The notes: a model not told the origin generated them from the letters alone. A stretch of 64,000 nt of DNA from Eledone cirrhosa (GCA_964016885.1 OZ024742.1:357182001-357246000); one strand, 5' to 3'; counted from the stretch's first letter, positions 11,341 to 24,189 are shown. Numbers and translations: made by a program.

Positions 11341-14300
11341 TCATCATCATCATCACCGTTTTACGTCCGTTCTTCCACGCTAGCATGAGTTAGACGGGTT
11401 GTCCTGTTGTGGGCAGTGTCTGGTCGGCTGACCATGCCTTGCTCATACAGGAAGTGATTTGGGCTTGATTTCTACAGCTGGATGCCTTTCCTAACACCAA
11501 CCTCATTTTCAGTGAGTGCTGGGTGCTTTTTCGTGGTGCCTACACGTCCACTCTACAGTGTGGGCTGGGTGCTTTTTTGCCGTGGCACCTCCACGACCAC
11601 CTTGAAGTGGGAGGGTGTGGGGGCATATTGTCTACATGCTTCAGCTTGTACCCATGGGAGGTCGGGTACTCTGTATTACTGCGTGACGCCAGAGGTCACG
11701 GTCGTGTGTCATCGACTTTGAGAGGTGTAATTGGGTAAGGTCGGCTTTTATCACCTCATCCCATGTCTTCTTGGGTCTCCCCACACGACTTCTAGTGCTC
11801 TGCACCTTTTAATGCAGCTGTCATCATTCATGCGCATCATATGTCCATACCAACGCAACCGCCTCTCCTGCACACAGCATTTGATTCCCCTTATGCTCAG
11901 TCTCTCTCAATTCATTAATACTTTGTCGTTCGCGTATATTACTATTACACATCCATCAGAGCATGCAGGCTTCGTTTCTCTCTAATCTACGTAAGTCTTC
12001 CACCTTCAGCGCCCAGGTCTCACTACCATGTAACATTGCTGTACGGATACACGCATCATACAGTCTGCCTTTCATTTTGAGGGAGAAGCCTTTTGCAGCT
12101 AGCAGTGGCAGTAGTTCCTTGAACTTCTTCCATCCCGTTCTTACCCTAGTTATTGTACTTTCTGAACACCCGCCTCCGCTGCTAATTCGGTCATTTAGCT
12201 AGCAGAAGCTGTCTACTGTTTCTACAGAGCCCTCCCAGAGATTGGTGGTACTTGTTTCCTGTGGCTGTTTGCTGCTTGCTGTCCAAGCACAGCTGCTGAA
12301 TGTGAAGCCTACATTCTTAATTAAGCTTCCTGAGATCCCGCTACATCTCTTGTGTACCCATTGTTTGCATTTGGGGCAGAGAATGGAGTTCCTACCTACA
12401 CCTTTCCTACATACTGAGCAAGGCCGTTTCCCTGAGGGGATCTGGGTTCTGTTTTCTCGTCTACTTACAAGGTCCTTAGTCTTTGTCATGTTGACTTTAA
12501 AACCCTTTCTTTCTAGTCCCTGCTTCCAAGTTTGGAATTTCTTCTCTAGTTCTACCATAGATTCAGCTATAAGTGCGAGGTCATCAGCATACAGGAGTTC
12601 CCATGGGCATCCGGTCTTAAACTCCTCCGTTATTGCCTGCAGGACTATGATGAACACGAGAGGGCTAAGAACAGAGCCCTGGTGGACACCAAACTGTACG
12701 CTAAATTCCTCGCTATACTCATTGCTAATCCTAACTTTGCTGACTGCTCCCCTATACATGGCTTGTTAGCTTTCACAAGCCATTCATCTACTCCTAGTTT
12801 TCTAAGAGCCCACCAGATTACAGCACGTGGAACTCTGTCAAAGGCTTTCTCGAGATCGACGAATGCCAGGTAGAGTGGCTTACTTTTAGCTAGGTACTTT
12901 TCCTGTAACTGCCTCACAAAGAAGAGGGCATCAGTGGTGCCTCTTCCTGGTACAAACCCAAATTGCATCTCATCTAGTTTCACCCGGTCCCTAATCAACT
13001 GTGCTATAACTCTTTCTGTTACTTGCATGACCTGGTCCATCAGCTTCATACCTCTATAGTTTCCTCTATCTAGTGTATCACCTTTACCTTTGTAGCAGTT
13101 GACAATGATGCTACTGCACCAATCTTTTGTTATGACACCTTCTAGTATTACCTGCTTAACAATATGTGTGGTTATAGTGTGACCTACAGACCCAGATGCC
13201 TTCAGCATCTTGGCAGCTATACCCGATGGACCGATTGCCTTCCCTATCTTCATATCTTTGATTGCCTTACTTACTACGCTGCTGCTGAATTGTACTGCTG
13301 GCCCCTCTATAGGGTCTACTTGGGTTAGGGTCTCTTCTTCCCATGCATTCTCCTCATTTAGTAATCTATCATAATGGCTCCTCCATGCATCTTTCTTCTC
13401 AGCACTTGTGCGGGCAAGCTCACCTTTATCATTCCGGATACACTTCTCTCCAATGACATCACTATTCTCTCTGACACACTGCCATCGCAATCTTGAACAC
13501 CTTCTGTTTCTGTTCCTCACGTTGCAAAACGTGCTTGAATTTTCTATCCTCTGCTTCCCTCCTAGCTAAGTATACTTGTCGCCTAGCTTCCCTCTTGGTC
13601 TCTATGTAATGTACCCTGCTCCTCCCGTTCTTCCATTCTTTCCATGCCTGTCTCTTGGCCTTAACTGCCTCATCTACCTTATTGTTCCACCACCAAGTCA
13701 CTCTCCTCCTGCTTGAGGTCTTACTCCAACCACAGACCTCATCCGTCGCCTCTAGTAAGTTATTTTTTAGGAACTCCCAGTGCTCTTCTACATTGAATGT
13801 CTCTATCTGTTCTTCTTTACTGTTGTAGGCGTTGAGTAAAATATCTTTAAATCTGTTACTGGCTGAGGGGTCTTTCAGCTTCCCGATCTTTCTTCTCCAG
13901 GTTGGCTTCTGTTTCCAGGTTCGTCTAGTTCTGACCATGAGGTCGCTGACAACTAAGCTATGTTGGGAGGTACATTCCTCACTAGGGAAGGCTTTTGTGT
14001 TTACGACCGTCCATCTGTCACGTCCTCTAATGAGGATAAAATCTATCTGACTAGAATGTTCCCCTGATCTATAGGTGATCAGGTGGTTGTCAGGTGTTTT
14101 GAAGTTTGTGTTACATATCGACATGTCATTGGCGTCGCAGAATTCTAGAAGTCTGAATCCTTCTTCATTTCTTGTGCCAACCCCATGGCCTCCATGGACT
14201 CTATTGAAGCGGTCACAGTGTTTACCTACGTGTCCGTTAAAATCTCCTGCGATGATTAGGAAGTCATTGTCGTCTGTTAGAGCAGTAGTGTGCATTAGGG

Positions 14301-14593
14301 TCTCGTAAAACCTATCCTTAAGTTCGTCTGGCAACCACGATTGGGGTGCGTAAGCTGATATTATTGTGGTAATTGTTTTATTCAGGACTAGTCTGAGTTA
14401 AATGATTCTTGCATTTACCCTGTACACTGAGATTACTTTATATACCCACTTGTCAGCTAGTAGAATACCTACAGCACCAAACCCACATTCATTTCCCACC
14501 CAGAAAAATTTGTAGCGCTGACTTTTTCCTACAAGGAGTCTAGCAGACTCTCCTCTCCGTCTAGTCTCTTCCAAGACATGCGTCTCCCTCACC
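11341..14593 (-). mobile_element. RTE-clade LINE, near full-length ORF, frameshifted
   Basis: APE (ISAYAP, AGDFNGHVG, SQIDFIL, SQHSLV), RT (FVDLEKAFDRVP, GVHQGSVLSP, LLYADD), PHD-like Cys/His finger, HGSETW, RRLRWYGH, 3' UTR and (GAT)n tail. Confidence 0.93.
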
Positions 14594-14625
14594 ATATATA
14601 TATATGTATGTATATACATATGAAT

Positions 14626-14663
<38 letters not shown>

Positions 14664-15777
14664 GTATGTACATATAAGTATGCATATATATGCATGTGTG
14701 TGTCTAGGGAGAGATGTAGCTGGATGGATAGACAGGAAAAAATATATATGTATAATTTTCATTATTATTATTATTACATTTTCAATTCATATCTCATCTT
14801 AACATAAGTATGTACCTCATGTTGTATCATTTTCTCTAGCACTGATCAAGAAAGGTAGATCAGTGAAACCACCATTCACACCAGCTTGAGTTGAGCATCT
14901 CTTTTGTATTTTCAAGAAATATTCATTATTCACAGCAAAGTTTACAAGCTATTTGTAATGTTCCTAGCAATAATCAATTGTATTTATTACAGGTGGTAAT
15001 ATTTTCGTTCTGTAAGATGTATTATTAACTATTGTATAGACATTCAGGTATAGTCGTAAAATTATTTAACCTTTAACTTTACAAAATACTTCAGCAATGC
15101 CTGTATAGTCACTACCTCTTTCTCTCTGACTCTCACCATCTCTCATTTTTATAAGCAAATAAGGGCCCATGCATTGGTCACTGCACGGCCTCGGCAGACA
15201 GAATAGAGAAGGTGTTTCCCTGACAGTTGGTGAGGGAGACGCATGTCTTGTTAACATTGAAATATACTTGTAAACATTAAACTAAAAACTGGATTAATAC
15301 AGGGAATATCTCCTGATATTTGTGACACACCAGTGGCACGAAAGTAAGTCAAATTCACTGTTGAATTTTATCTACTGAGACCATCTGGTGCCAAAACCAG
15401 ACTTGGTATTCCATTTTATCAACCACAATTATCACAGTTATTCTCATGATAACAATAGATGTAGCAGTGGTTCTATGCCAGTACTTACTAAACCAATTAG
15501 TAAGGCTATACTAACTATCATTGCTAGTCACCATTACCAACTTACAGACATTGTACCAATATTCCCAATTCAACAAATCCATAAAGAAAAAAAAGCATGG
15601 AATATTCGGACGTTTTTGTATCCATCACTTTACATCAATCGTTGAGAACTTTCTACAAAGAGACATATTATATTACATAGCTTAACCTGCATTGAGAGCA
15701 CGACAAAGCTGAAAATAAACTGATGTATATATTGGAGACATTCTTTCACTTATTTTATATATGCACTATGTATGGAT

Positions 15778-15860
<83 letters not shown>

Positions 15861-15891
15861 GAGAGAGAGATAGATAGATAGATATATACAA

Positions 15892-15924
<33 letters not shown>

Positions 15925-16430
15925 AGATCAAAATATGGTTAAAAGAGTTCCAAGTATTTTATTATGCGCATTTCAAAAACAAATATCATCATGTGATGAT
16001 ATCTGCGTTTTCATCAGATAAAATAGGGATACATGATATGAAGGTTAAAAAACACTTGAGAATAGTGAAGTTTTAAATCAACATATGAAAAATAATTTAA
16101 GATTGATGTGTGATATTGGGAAAAAGTGAGGGGGGGTTGGAAAGGGTAAGGAAGAGGAGGAGATGAGAGTAGAGAATGGTGGGGGAGGAGTATAAGAAGG
16201 AAGGATGAGAGAGGAGGAGAGATGGGTGATAGAGAGAGAGAATAGAGAAGGTGTTTCCCTGGAAGAAGGTGATGGAGACGCATGTCTTGGAAGAGTTTAC
16301 ATGGTTAAGATTGATATATACTTGTAAACAATAAACTAAAACATTATATATATATATATACATATATATAAATATACATACATATGTGTATATATGATGA
16401 TGATGATGATGATATATATATATATATATA

Positions 16431-16570
16431 TCAGAGCTTCCTGATGATTTCTCACGGATGAAACAGTTCCAGTCCTGTAGAAGCTCTTCTATATTAAAAC
16501 CTTTATACTCTGGTATGTATTGAGTACCTTACTTACTGTGGTAACCTCCGATTCAACCCGGAATAACTTA
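16431..16570 (+). mobile_element. Short hammerhead-bearing insert in (TA)n
   Basis: ~140-bp non-repetitive island between two (TA)n runs, starting with the hammerhead. Confidence 0.55.
16433..16487 (+). ncRNA. Type I hammerhead ribozyme, intact core
   Basis: agagcttc-CTGATGA-tttc tcac ggat-GAAA-cag ttccagtc ctg-TA-gaagctct. Perfect 8-bp stem I, cag/ctg stem III, GUA triplet; stem II weak. Confidence 0.8.
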
Positions 16571-16587
16571 TATATATATATATATAT

Positions 16588-19500
16588 ATCATCATCATCA
16601 TCATCATCATCAACGTTTAACGTCCGTGTTCCACGCTTGCATGGGTTTGGACGGGAGTTTTCCCACTTGAGGCAAGAGTGATTATCTTGCTCGCATAGAA
16701 CTATCTGGCGGGTTTTCTACAGCTGGATGCCCTTCCTAACACCAACCACATTTACAGTGTGGGGCTGGGAGGTTTTTACCGTGTTGCCTACACGGCCACA
16801 TTACAGCGTGAACTGTGTGTTTTTTGACGTGACACCTACACAATCTCCTTTGTTTCGGCCTGGATGTTGTGGCACCAACATAACTTTACATTGAAAGGGG
16901 CGGTGTGAATGGGGTGGGGGTGGGGGGACGGGGGTGTATTTTGTTAGAGATGCCTACTGACTGTAGTAGGTTTTACTTTGTATTTCGGTAAGGCGGGTCT
17001 TCTCTATTACTGAGTACCGCCAAAGGTCTCGGTCCAGTGACATTGTCCTGGTGAGGTGTAAGTGTGTGAGGTCGGAATTTATCAGCTCGTCCCAGGTTTT
17101 TCTGGGTCTGCCTATTCCGTGGCTACCGTCTATCTTTATTGCCCTGGACTTTGTTATACAGCTATCGTCCTTCATGCGCATCACGTGACCATACCAACGT
17201 AGCCTTCTCTCGAGTAAACAACATCTGATCCCTCTTATTTCTAATTTTTTCCTTAGTTCGTTTATGCTTTGCCGTTCACGTATATTACTATTACACATCC
17301 AGCAGAGCATGCAAGCTTCGTTTCTCTCTACTCTGCGTATATCCTCTGCACACAATGCCCAGGTCTCACTGCCATGCAACATTGCTGTTCGTATGCAGGC
17401 ATCGTACAACCTGCCTTTCATTTTTAGGGAGAACCGTTTAGCGGCTAATAGTGGTATAAGCTCTCTGAACTTTTTCCATCCAGTTCTGACTCTAGCTACT
17501 GTACTTTCAGAGCACTCTCCCCCACTGCTGATTTTGTCACCTAGGTAACGGAAGCTGTCCACTATTTCTATAGAACCCTCTGCGCAGTTGAAAGAGCTAG
17601 TATTTCGTGGGCACTTGCTGCTACTTATTGCACCAGAGCACCGGCCACATGTAAAATCTATGTTCATTAGTTAGCTTACCTGTGATCCCACTACATCTTT
17701 TATGCACCCATACTTTGCATTTGGGACACAAAATGAAGTTTCTACCTACGCCTTTCCTACACACTGAGCATGGCCACTTCCCGGAAGGGACCGCCGCCTT
17801 ATTTTCTTTCTTACAAACTAGAACTTTAGTCTTAGCCAGGTTAATTTTAAGGCCTTTTGATTCTAGGCCGTGCTTCCATGTTTGGAATTTCTTCTCTAGC
17901 TCGGCCATTGATTCAGCTATGAGTGTTAGGTCATCTGCGTATGGGAGTTCCAATGGGCAACCGGTCTTGAACTCCTCTGTTATAGCCTGAAGGGCAATAA
18001 TAAATAGTAGGGGGCTGAGAACAGAGCCCTGATGGACGCCAACTTTTACGCTAAACTCTTCACTATATTCGTTGTTAATTCTAACCTTGCTGACTGTTTC
18101 TTTATACATGGCTTGTATAGCTCTCACAAGCCATTCGTCAACACCTAGTTTTCTAAGAGACCACCAGATAATGGAACGGGGGACTCTGTCGAAGGCTTTC
18201 TCCAAGTAGACAAAAGCTAAGTATAGGGGTTTACTTTTAGCTAGGTACTTCTCCTGTAGTTGCCGTACAATGAAAAGAGCGTCTGTGGTACTTTTGCCTG
18301 ACACAAACCCGAACTGCATTTCATCTAGATCAATTCTCTCTCTGATTAGTTGCGCTATTACTTTTTCCGTGACCTTCATGACCTGGTCGATTAATTTAAT
18401 GCCTCTATAGTTACTCCTATCTAGGGCATCTCCTTTACCCTTATAACAGTTAACGATGATGCTGTTACGCCAGTCCTTCGGAACAACCCCATTCTGTAAG
18501 ACTTGGTTAACTATCCGGGTGACCATGGTGTGTCCCACCGTACCAGATGCCTTCAGCATCTCGGCAACTATTTCCGAAGGCCCAGCCGCCTTACCCGTCT
18601 TCATATCTTTGATTGCCTTACTTATTATACTACCCTCGACTAACACTGCTGGTCCCTCTATTGGGTCGATGTGGGGGAGACTGTCTTTCTCCCATTTATT
18701 CTCCTCATTTAGTAGCCTTTCATAGTGACACTTCCAAGCTACCTTATTATCAGCGTCGGTGATGGCAAGTACGCCGTCATCATTAAGTACACACTTCTCG
18801 CCGACAATATCACGGTTTTCCTTGACACATTGCATAGCAATCCTGAACACCTCACGTTTTTGGTCCTCGCGTTGTAGAACATGCTTGAACTTTCTTTCCT
18901 CTGCTTCCCTTCTTGCGAAGTTCACTTGTTTCCTAGCTTCCCTCCTGGCCACTTGATAGTCTTCTCTGCTTCCCCCATCCCGCCATACTTTCCAAGCCTG
19001 CTTTTTGGCCTTAATTGACTCCTCCACCTTACTGTTCCACCACCATGTTACTCTCCTCCTGCCTACAGGCCTGCTCCAGCCACAGACTTCGTCTGCCCCC
19101 ATCAGCAGGTTTGCTTTCAGGAATTCCCACTGCTCCTTTATATTGTACGACTCTAATTGCTCTTCCTTACTGTCGAAAGCATCAAGTAGTATACTTTTGA
19201 ATTTATTTCTGGCTGTGGGGTCATTTAGCTTCCATATTTTTCTCCTGAGGATAGTCCTCTTCTGTTGTTTAGTACGTCTCGTCCTGACTATTAGGTTGCT
19301 AATTATCAGTCTATGTTGGGAGGTGCATTCTTCATGGGGGAGGGATTTAGTGTTTACAACAGACACTCTGTCACGTCTGTTCTACCTGGCTTGTGTGTTC
19401 CCCCGATCTATAGGTGATCAGGTGATTGTCACGTTTTTTGAAGTTAGTGTTACAGATAGTTAGGTTATTTGCGTCACAGAATTCCAGGATTCTGGAGCCT

Positions 19501-20720
19501 TCCTCATTTCTAGTACCAAACCCATAGCCTCCATGGATTTCGTCGTAGCCGTCACAATGTTGTCCAACGTGACCATTTAGGTCGCCTGCAATAATTATAT
19601 AGTCACTGTCGGGAGGTAGTGAGCATCAGTGTCTCATAGAATCTGTCTTTTATAGTGCCGGGCAGTCCGGATTGGGGTGCGTACGCAGATATTACTGTCA
19701 CCGTAGTTCTATTGAGGACAAGTCTTATTTTAATTATTCTGTCGTTCACTCTATTTACGTCTATTATCTTATCTGCCCACTTTTCTGCTACCATTGTACC
19801 TACCCCACCCAGCCCATTGTCATTTCCCGCCCAGAAAAGCTTATAGCATCGTTTTTTACCCACAATGAATCTAGCAGACCCATCCCTCCACCTGGTCTCT
19901 TGAATACAACAAACATCGACCTCCTTACGTTCAAGCATTTCTACGACCCTTTAAGGTGCCTACATTCATGGTACCAACTCTGAAGTTTTGGATTGCGTTT
20001 GGAGGGTGGGGGCGGGGGGAGATGGAGTTATGTTAGCCATCCGCGGCCGAAACAAAGAGGAATGCTCGCATTCTCGTCCACGAGGTGAATTTGTCTTTAT
20101 CTTTGGCATTGTCGCTGAGCGTCCAGATTTTTCTCTCTTCAACTCTCCAGAATTCCGTCGTCCATTCATCCATCATATCGAAGGCGACCAGGTAAGCGAT
20201 AGTATAGGCCTCTGGCTTATGATTGGTCCACGTAATAATAATGGTGGTGCGTGGAGGCGGGCGGGAGAGGTGTTGAGTTGTTAGCGAGAAACTTCGTATT
20301 TAACAAGCAATAACAAAAAATACAAGATCTGTTTTGGAAAATACGAGAAAATACAGAATACAGGAGGATTTGTTTTGGAAATAGGATAGAACAGCGAGTA
20401 GTAAAGCAAGAATTGGAATCTGAGGATAGAAAATGCTATCGAATTGTCGGATTGGAAGGGCTATGAAATTAAGCGGATGTTAGAAAGGCAAGAAAAATGT
20501 GTACATTACATTATACCGTGAAGGAAAAACAGCCACGAATTTGGCGAATGTGAATTACTTGTGGGGGTTATCTTATATATATAGATAGAGCGAGAGAAGG
20601 GGGGGGGGGGGGTTGGCCGCATGATGTAGAGTTGGGTGGCTGACCGCGAACACTCATGAAGTGGTGGAGGGGGAGACGATATTAAGGAGCGGGAATTAAG
20701 AGTTTGAATACGGTCCTCGA
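16588..20720 (-). mobile_element. RTE-clade LINE, full length including 5' UTR, with a few frameshifts
   Basis: ORFs 19966..20169, 19603..19938 (APE), 17621..19366 (RT, GVHQGSVLSP, YADD, PHD-like), 16954..17667 (HGSETW, RRLRWYGHV, ends QSKTYYSQ). (GAT)n tail. The 5' boundary is approximate. Confidence 0.93.
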
Positions 20721-20752
20721 AATAATAATAATAATATATATATATATATATA

Positions 20753-21308
20753 AAATATTAAACAAATAATGAATAAACAATGAAAACAGTTCCTTATATT
20801 AAACAAAAAAAGTTCATTATTTAACGATCGTTTCTAGGATATATATGTGTTAGAATTGGCATGCATATTCAACAGATCTATGTACAAAATTATACAAAAT
20901 TATACAAACTATCAAGATTAAATATACATACCAACACATATATACGCCGTCTTCAGAAATTATTTCTGAAGACGGCGTATATATGTGTTGGTATGTATAT
21001 TTAATCTTGATAGTTTGTATAATTTTGTATAATTTTGTACATAGATCTGTTGAATATGCATGCCAATTCTAACACATATATATCCTAGAAACGATCGTTA
21101 AATAATGAACTTTTTTTGTTTAATATAAGGAACTGTTTTCATTGTTTATTCATTATTTGTTTAATATTTTATCTTGACTCTGTATACCGTTTATCTTTCA
21201 CCGAAAGTGATTTTTCATTACATCTCTTCTTGCCATGATATCCGGAATACATTGAGTTCTTCATACGGATTGGACACTACCGTAAACTCTTGGTAGATTT
21301 ATCTACAT
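20753..21308 (+). mobile_element. Perfect ~420-bp palindrome element with hammerhead (Penelope pLTR-like)
   Basis: 20753-20960 is the reverse complement of 20962-21170, followed by a ~135-bp unique tail. Flanked by (TA)n. Confidence 0.7.
20960..21105 (+). ncRNA. Type I hammerhead with extended stem II and palindromic stem III
   Basis: ttattt-CTGAAGA-[long hairpin: tatatatgtgttgg...ctaacacatatata]-GAAA-cgatcg-TT-aaataa. A mirror copy lies on the minus strand in the left arm. Confidence 0.65.
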
Positions 21309-21329
21309 ATATATATATATATATATATA

Positions 21330-21677
21330 GAAAAAGAGATGAAATCGAAAATGCAACTGGAGTCTTATTTTTTTTTAAAATATATATATTTATTTGGTTC
21401 CTTTACCGGTTTCGCAGTTCTTCTACTTTTCAAAAGGTGAGTTGAGATGGAGGGTCTGTGGTTTTTCTCACAGATGTGAGAAAACCCACAGACCCTCCAT
21501 CTCAACTCACCTTTAGAAAAGCAGAAGAACTACGAAACCGGTAAAGGAACCAAACAAATATATATATTTAAAAAAAAAATAAGACTTCAGTTGCATTCTC
21601 GATTTCATCTCTTTTTCTTCATACTTTCACTCGTGTAGGACACCTCGGTTATTTTTCATTTTGTAAAAAAACCTCAC

Positions 21678-21683
<6 letters not shown>
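21330..21683 (+). mobile_element. Imperfect ~290-bp palindrome element with variant hammerheads
   Basis: 21330-21472 is inverted relative to 21476-21618, followed by a short unique tail. Flanked by (TA)n. Confidence 0.65.
21400..21437 (-). ncRNA. Minimal hammerhead, U3-A8 covariant
   Basis: Minus strand reads cctt-TTGAAAA-gtag aagaa ctgc-GAAAC-CG-GTA-aagg. The plus-strand copy at 21510-21547 has TAGAAAA. Confidence 0.6.
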
Positions 21684-21731
<48 letters not shown>

Positions 21732-21735
<4 letters not shown>

Positions 21736-21890
21736 TCATCATCATCATCGTGTAACGTCCATATTCCACGCTTGGATGGGTTTGGATGGGAGTTTTCCCA
21801 CTTGAGGCAAGAGTGGTTGTCTTGCTTGCATAGGACTGTCTGGCGGGTTTTCTATGGCTGGATGCCCTTCCTAACCCCAACCACATTTAC
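21732..21890 (-). mobile_element. RTE 3' UTR fragment
   Basis: Matches 16590-16755; (GAT)n tail. Confidence 0.85.
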
Positions 21891-22019
21891 ATTATACATA
21901 TATATACATATATATATAAATATACATACATATACATATATATATATATAAATATACATACATATATATTTATACATTTATTTGTATATACATATATATA
22001 TATACATTTATATATGTAT

Positions 22020-22076
<57 letters not shown>

Positions 22077-23029
22077 GAGTGAAGGGGAGGGAGGTTGAGA
22101 TAGTTACATACAAAATATATGTATAAATTACACAACAAACTATATAGAGGTTTTGTTTTCCTCTATAAACTTTAACATTCACCCGGTTTGTGTATTTATC
22201 CTTGACATCAAATGGAAGCCTTTAGATGTAATATGATTCCATTGTGGTTGATGAAGCTTGTCACAGTTAAATTGAATTATAAACCAACACAGTATATATT
22301 CTCCCATTCTCCGATTGTTATACAATGAACTATTATTTCTACTGTGTTGCATTCCTTATTTTAGTTTAATTTCTGCCTGCTCCTCAATTTTAGCAGCGTT
22401 ATAATTTACATGGGTAGAGCAAGTAAACAAGGAACATATAGATATTAGCAATACACATATATATATATATATGGTGGCTGCCAACTCGTTTTCGAGTACG
22501 GCCACTACTTTATATCCATGTAGGAGAACCCCTACCGATCCGCTGAATGAGTGTGACTTTTTAGTCCAACCAGTGACTTGAAAATTCTGGTACAAACACT
22601 ACACTTGTGACAATTATTGACACATAGTGCTGGGCCCATGGTACCATGTGACGACAAGTGCAGAGAGATCTCCAGATATAAAGCAATGCTTGTGCCGTGA
22701 AGCTTTTATAGTGAGCAAAGGCACTGCACAAAGCCAGTCCCACTCCCTTAACCCAGATGATATTTACCAAAAAGAAGAACAAGTCAACATCATTGGATAC
22801 CATCAGAGTTGCAGGTGTTATATCAGAGTTTTCCTTCTCATAGAATTCTGCCTTGACAAAGGCTAAAGGGTCATCTCTCCCGGTGATTTTGGAAGGCCAT
22901 TGACTCTTAAGAGCTCCTTTGCCCTTTGACAGGCTTTATTTTTAGTTCTGCAGGATGTCCAATATCACCCTCCTCACCAAGAAACCTTGGTGGGGTTGCC
23001 AGTTTAGTCGCCAACGACCCGACCATGAG

Positions 23030-23058
23030 ATATATATATATATACACATATATATATA

Positions 23059-23101
<43 letters not shown>

Positions 23102-23520
23102 ATAAACACACACATACATATATACAGCCACACAAATACATGCACAGTCACACACATGGAAACATATGCACTCACATTCACACATATGCACACACACACA
23201 TATACATATATACATGCACATTCATACATGCATGCACATTCACACACATGCACACACAGACACATATACACACACACATTCACACATATACATGCACACA
23301 TGAACAAACATGAATACACATACAGACATGCACATATGAACACACATTCTCACACATATTCACAAATATGTAGACATTCATGCACACACATACATGCACA
23401 CACATATACATATACATATACATATACACACATATACACATAAATTCACACACACATACACACATACATTACACACATGAACACACACATTTGGTACTCA
23501 CACAATACAAATATATATAT
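23030..23520. repeat. Compound (TA)/(CA) low-complexity tract
   Basis: Degenerate dinucleotide repeats. Confidence 0.85.
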
Positions 23521-23875
23521 ATCACCATCATCACATCATCATCATTACATCATCATCATCCTTACCACTATCATCATCATCTTCATCATCACCGACATCA
23601 TCAACATCAATACAACCATCATCATCATCATCATCATCAGTTTTGTGTTTATGTTTTTAATCATCATCATCACCATCATCATCATCACTATTATCCTCCT
23701 CACCATCATCATCATCATCACCATCATCAACATCAATACATCCATCATGATCATCATCATCAGTTTTGTGTTTATGTTTTTAATCATCATCATCACCACC
23801 ATCATCATCATCACCATTATCCTCCTCACCATCATCATCATCATCACCATCATCAGCAACATTGTTTAACATCCA
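23521..23875. repeat. Expanded (CAT)n tract with an internal ~123-bp duplication
   Basis: cagttttgtgtttatgtttttaat occurs at 23638 and 23761. Ends in gtttaacatcca, resembling an RTE 3' terminus on the minus strand. Confidence 0.75.
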
Positions 23876-23960
23876 AAGAAAAAGAAGTTAGAAACACTGT
23901 AAGACAATAGAAAGCTGAAGAGAGGAGCTGGCTGAATGTCTACGGAAAAAAGAATATTAA

Positions 23961-24146
23961 ATAATTGTTTCTACTTTTGGCACAAGGCCAGCAATTATCC
24001 CAGTGTATTACTGGTACTTTATTTTATCGTAAGGATAAAAGGCAAAGTTAACCTCGGCGGGATTTGAACTCAGAATGGCAAGAGCCGTAACTCTATGCAT
24101 CAAAGCATGGCGTACGACCCTCTACCGATACTGCCAATCTACCGCC
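23961..24146 (-). mobile_element. S1 tRNA SINE, full length
   Basis: Reverse-complement match to 1762-1950. Confidence 0.88.
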
Positions 24147-24189
24147 TCTATGGAACATTAAATAATGAGGATGATGATGATGATTGTTT

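Noticed and set aside
22470-23030. (TA)n-flanked GC-richer insert resembling an RTE 5' UTR on the minus strand, with a possible HDV-like ribozyme
   Set aside because: Only isolated hairpins were found. The nested double pseudoknot could not be assembled by eye and the family identity is unverified.
23380-23910. Poly-His, poly-Ile and poly-Met ORFs
   Set aside because: They are translations of the (CAT)n microsatellite.
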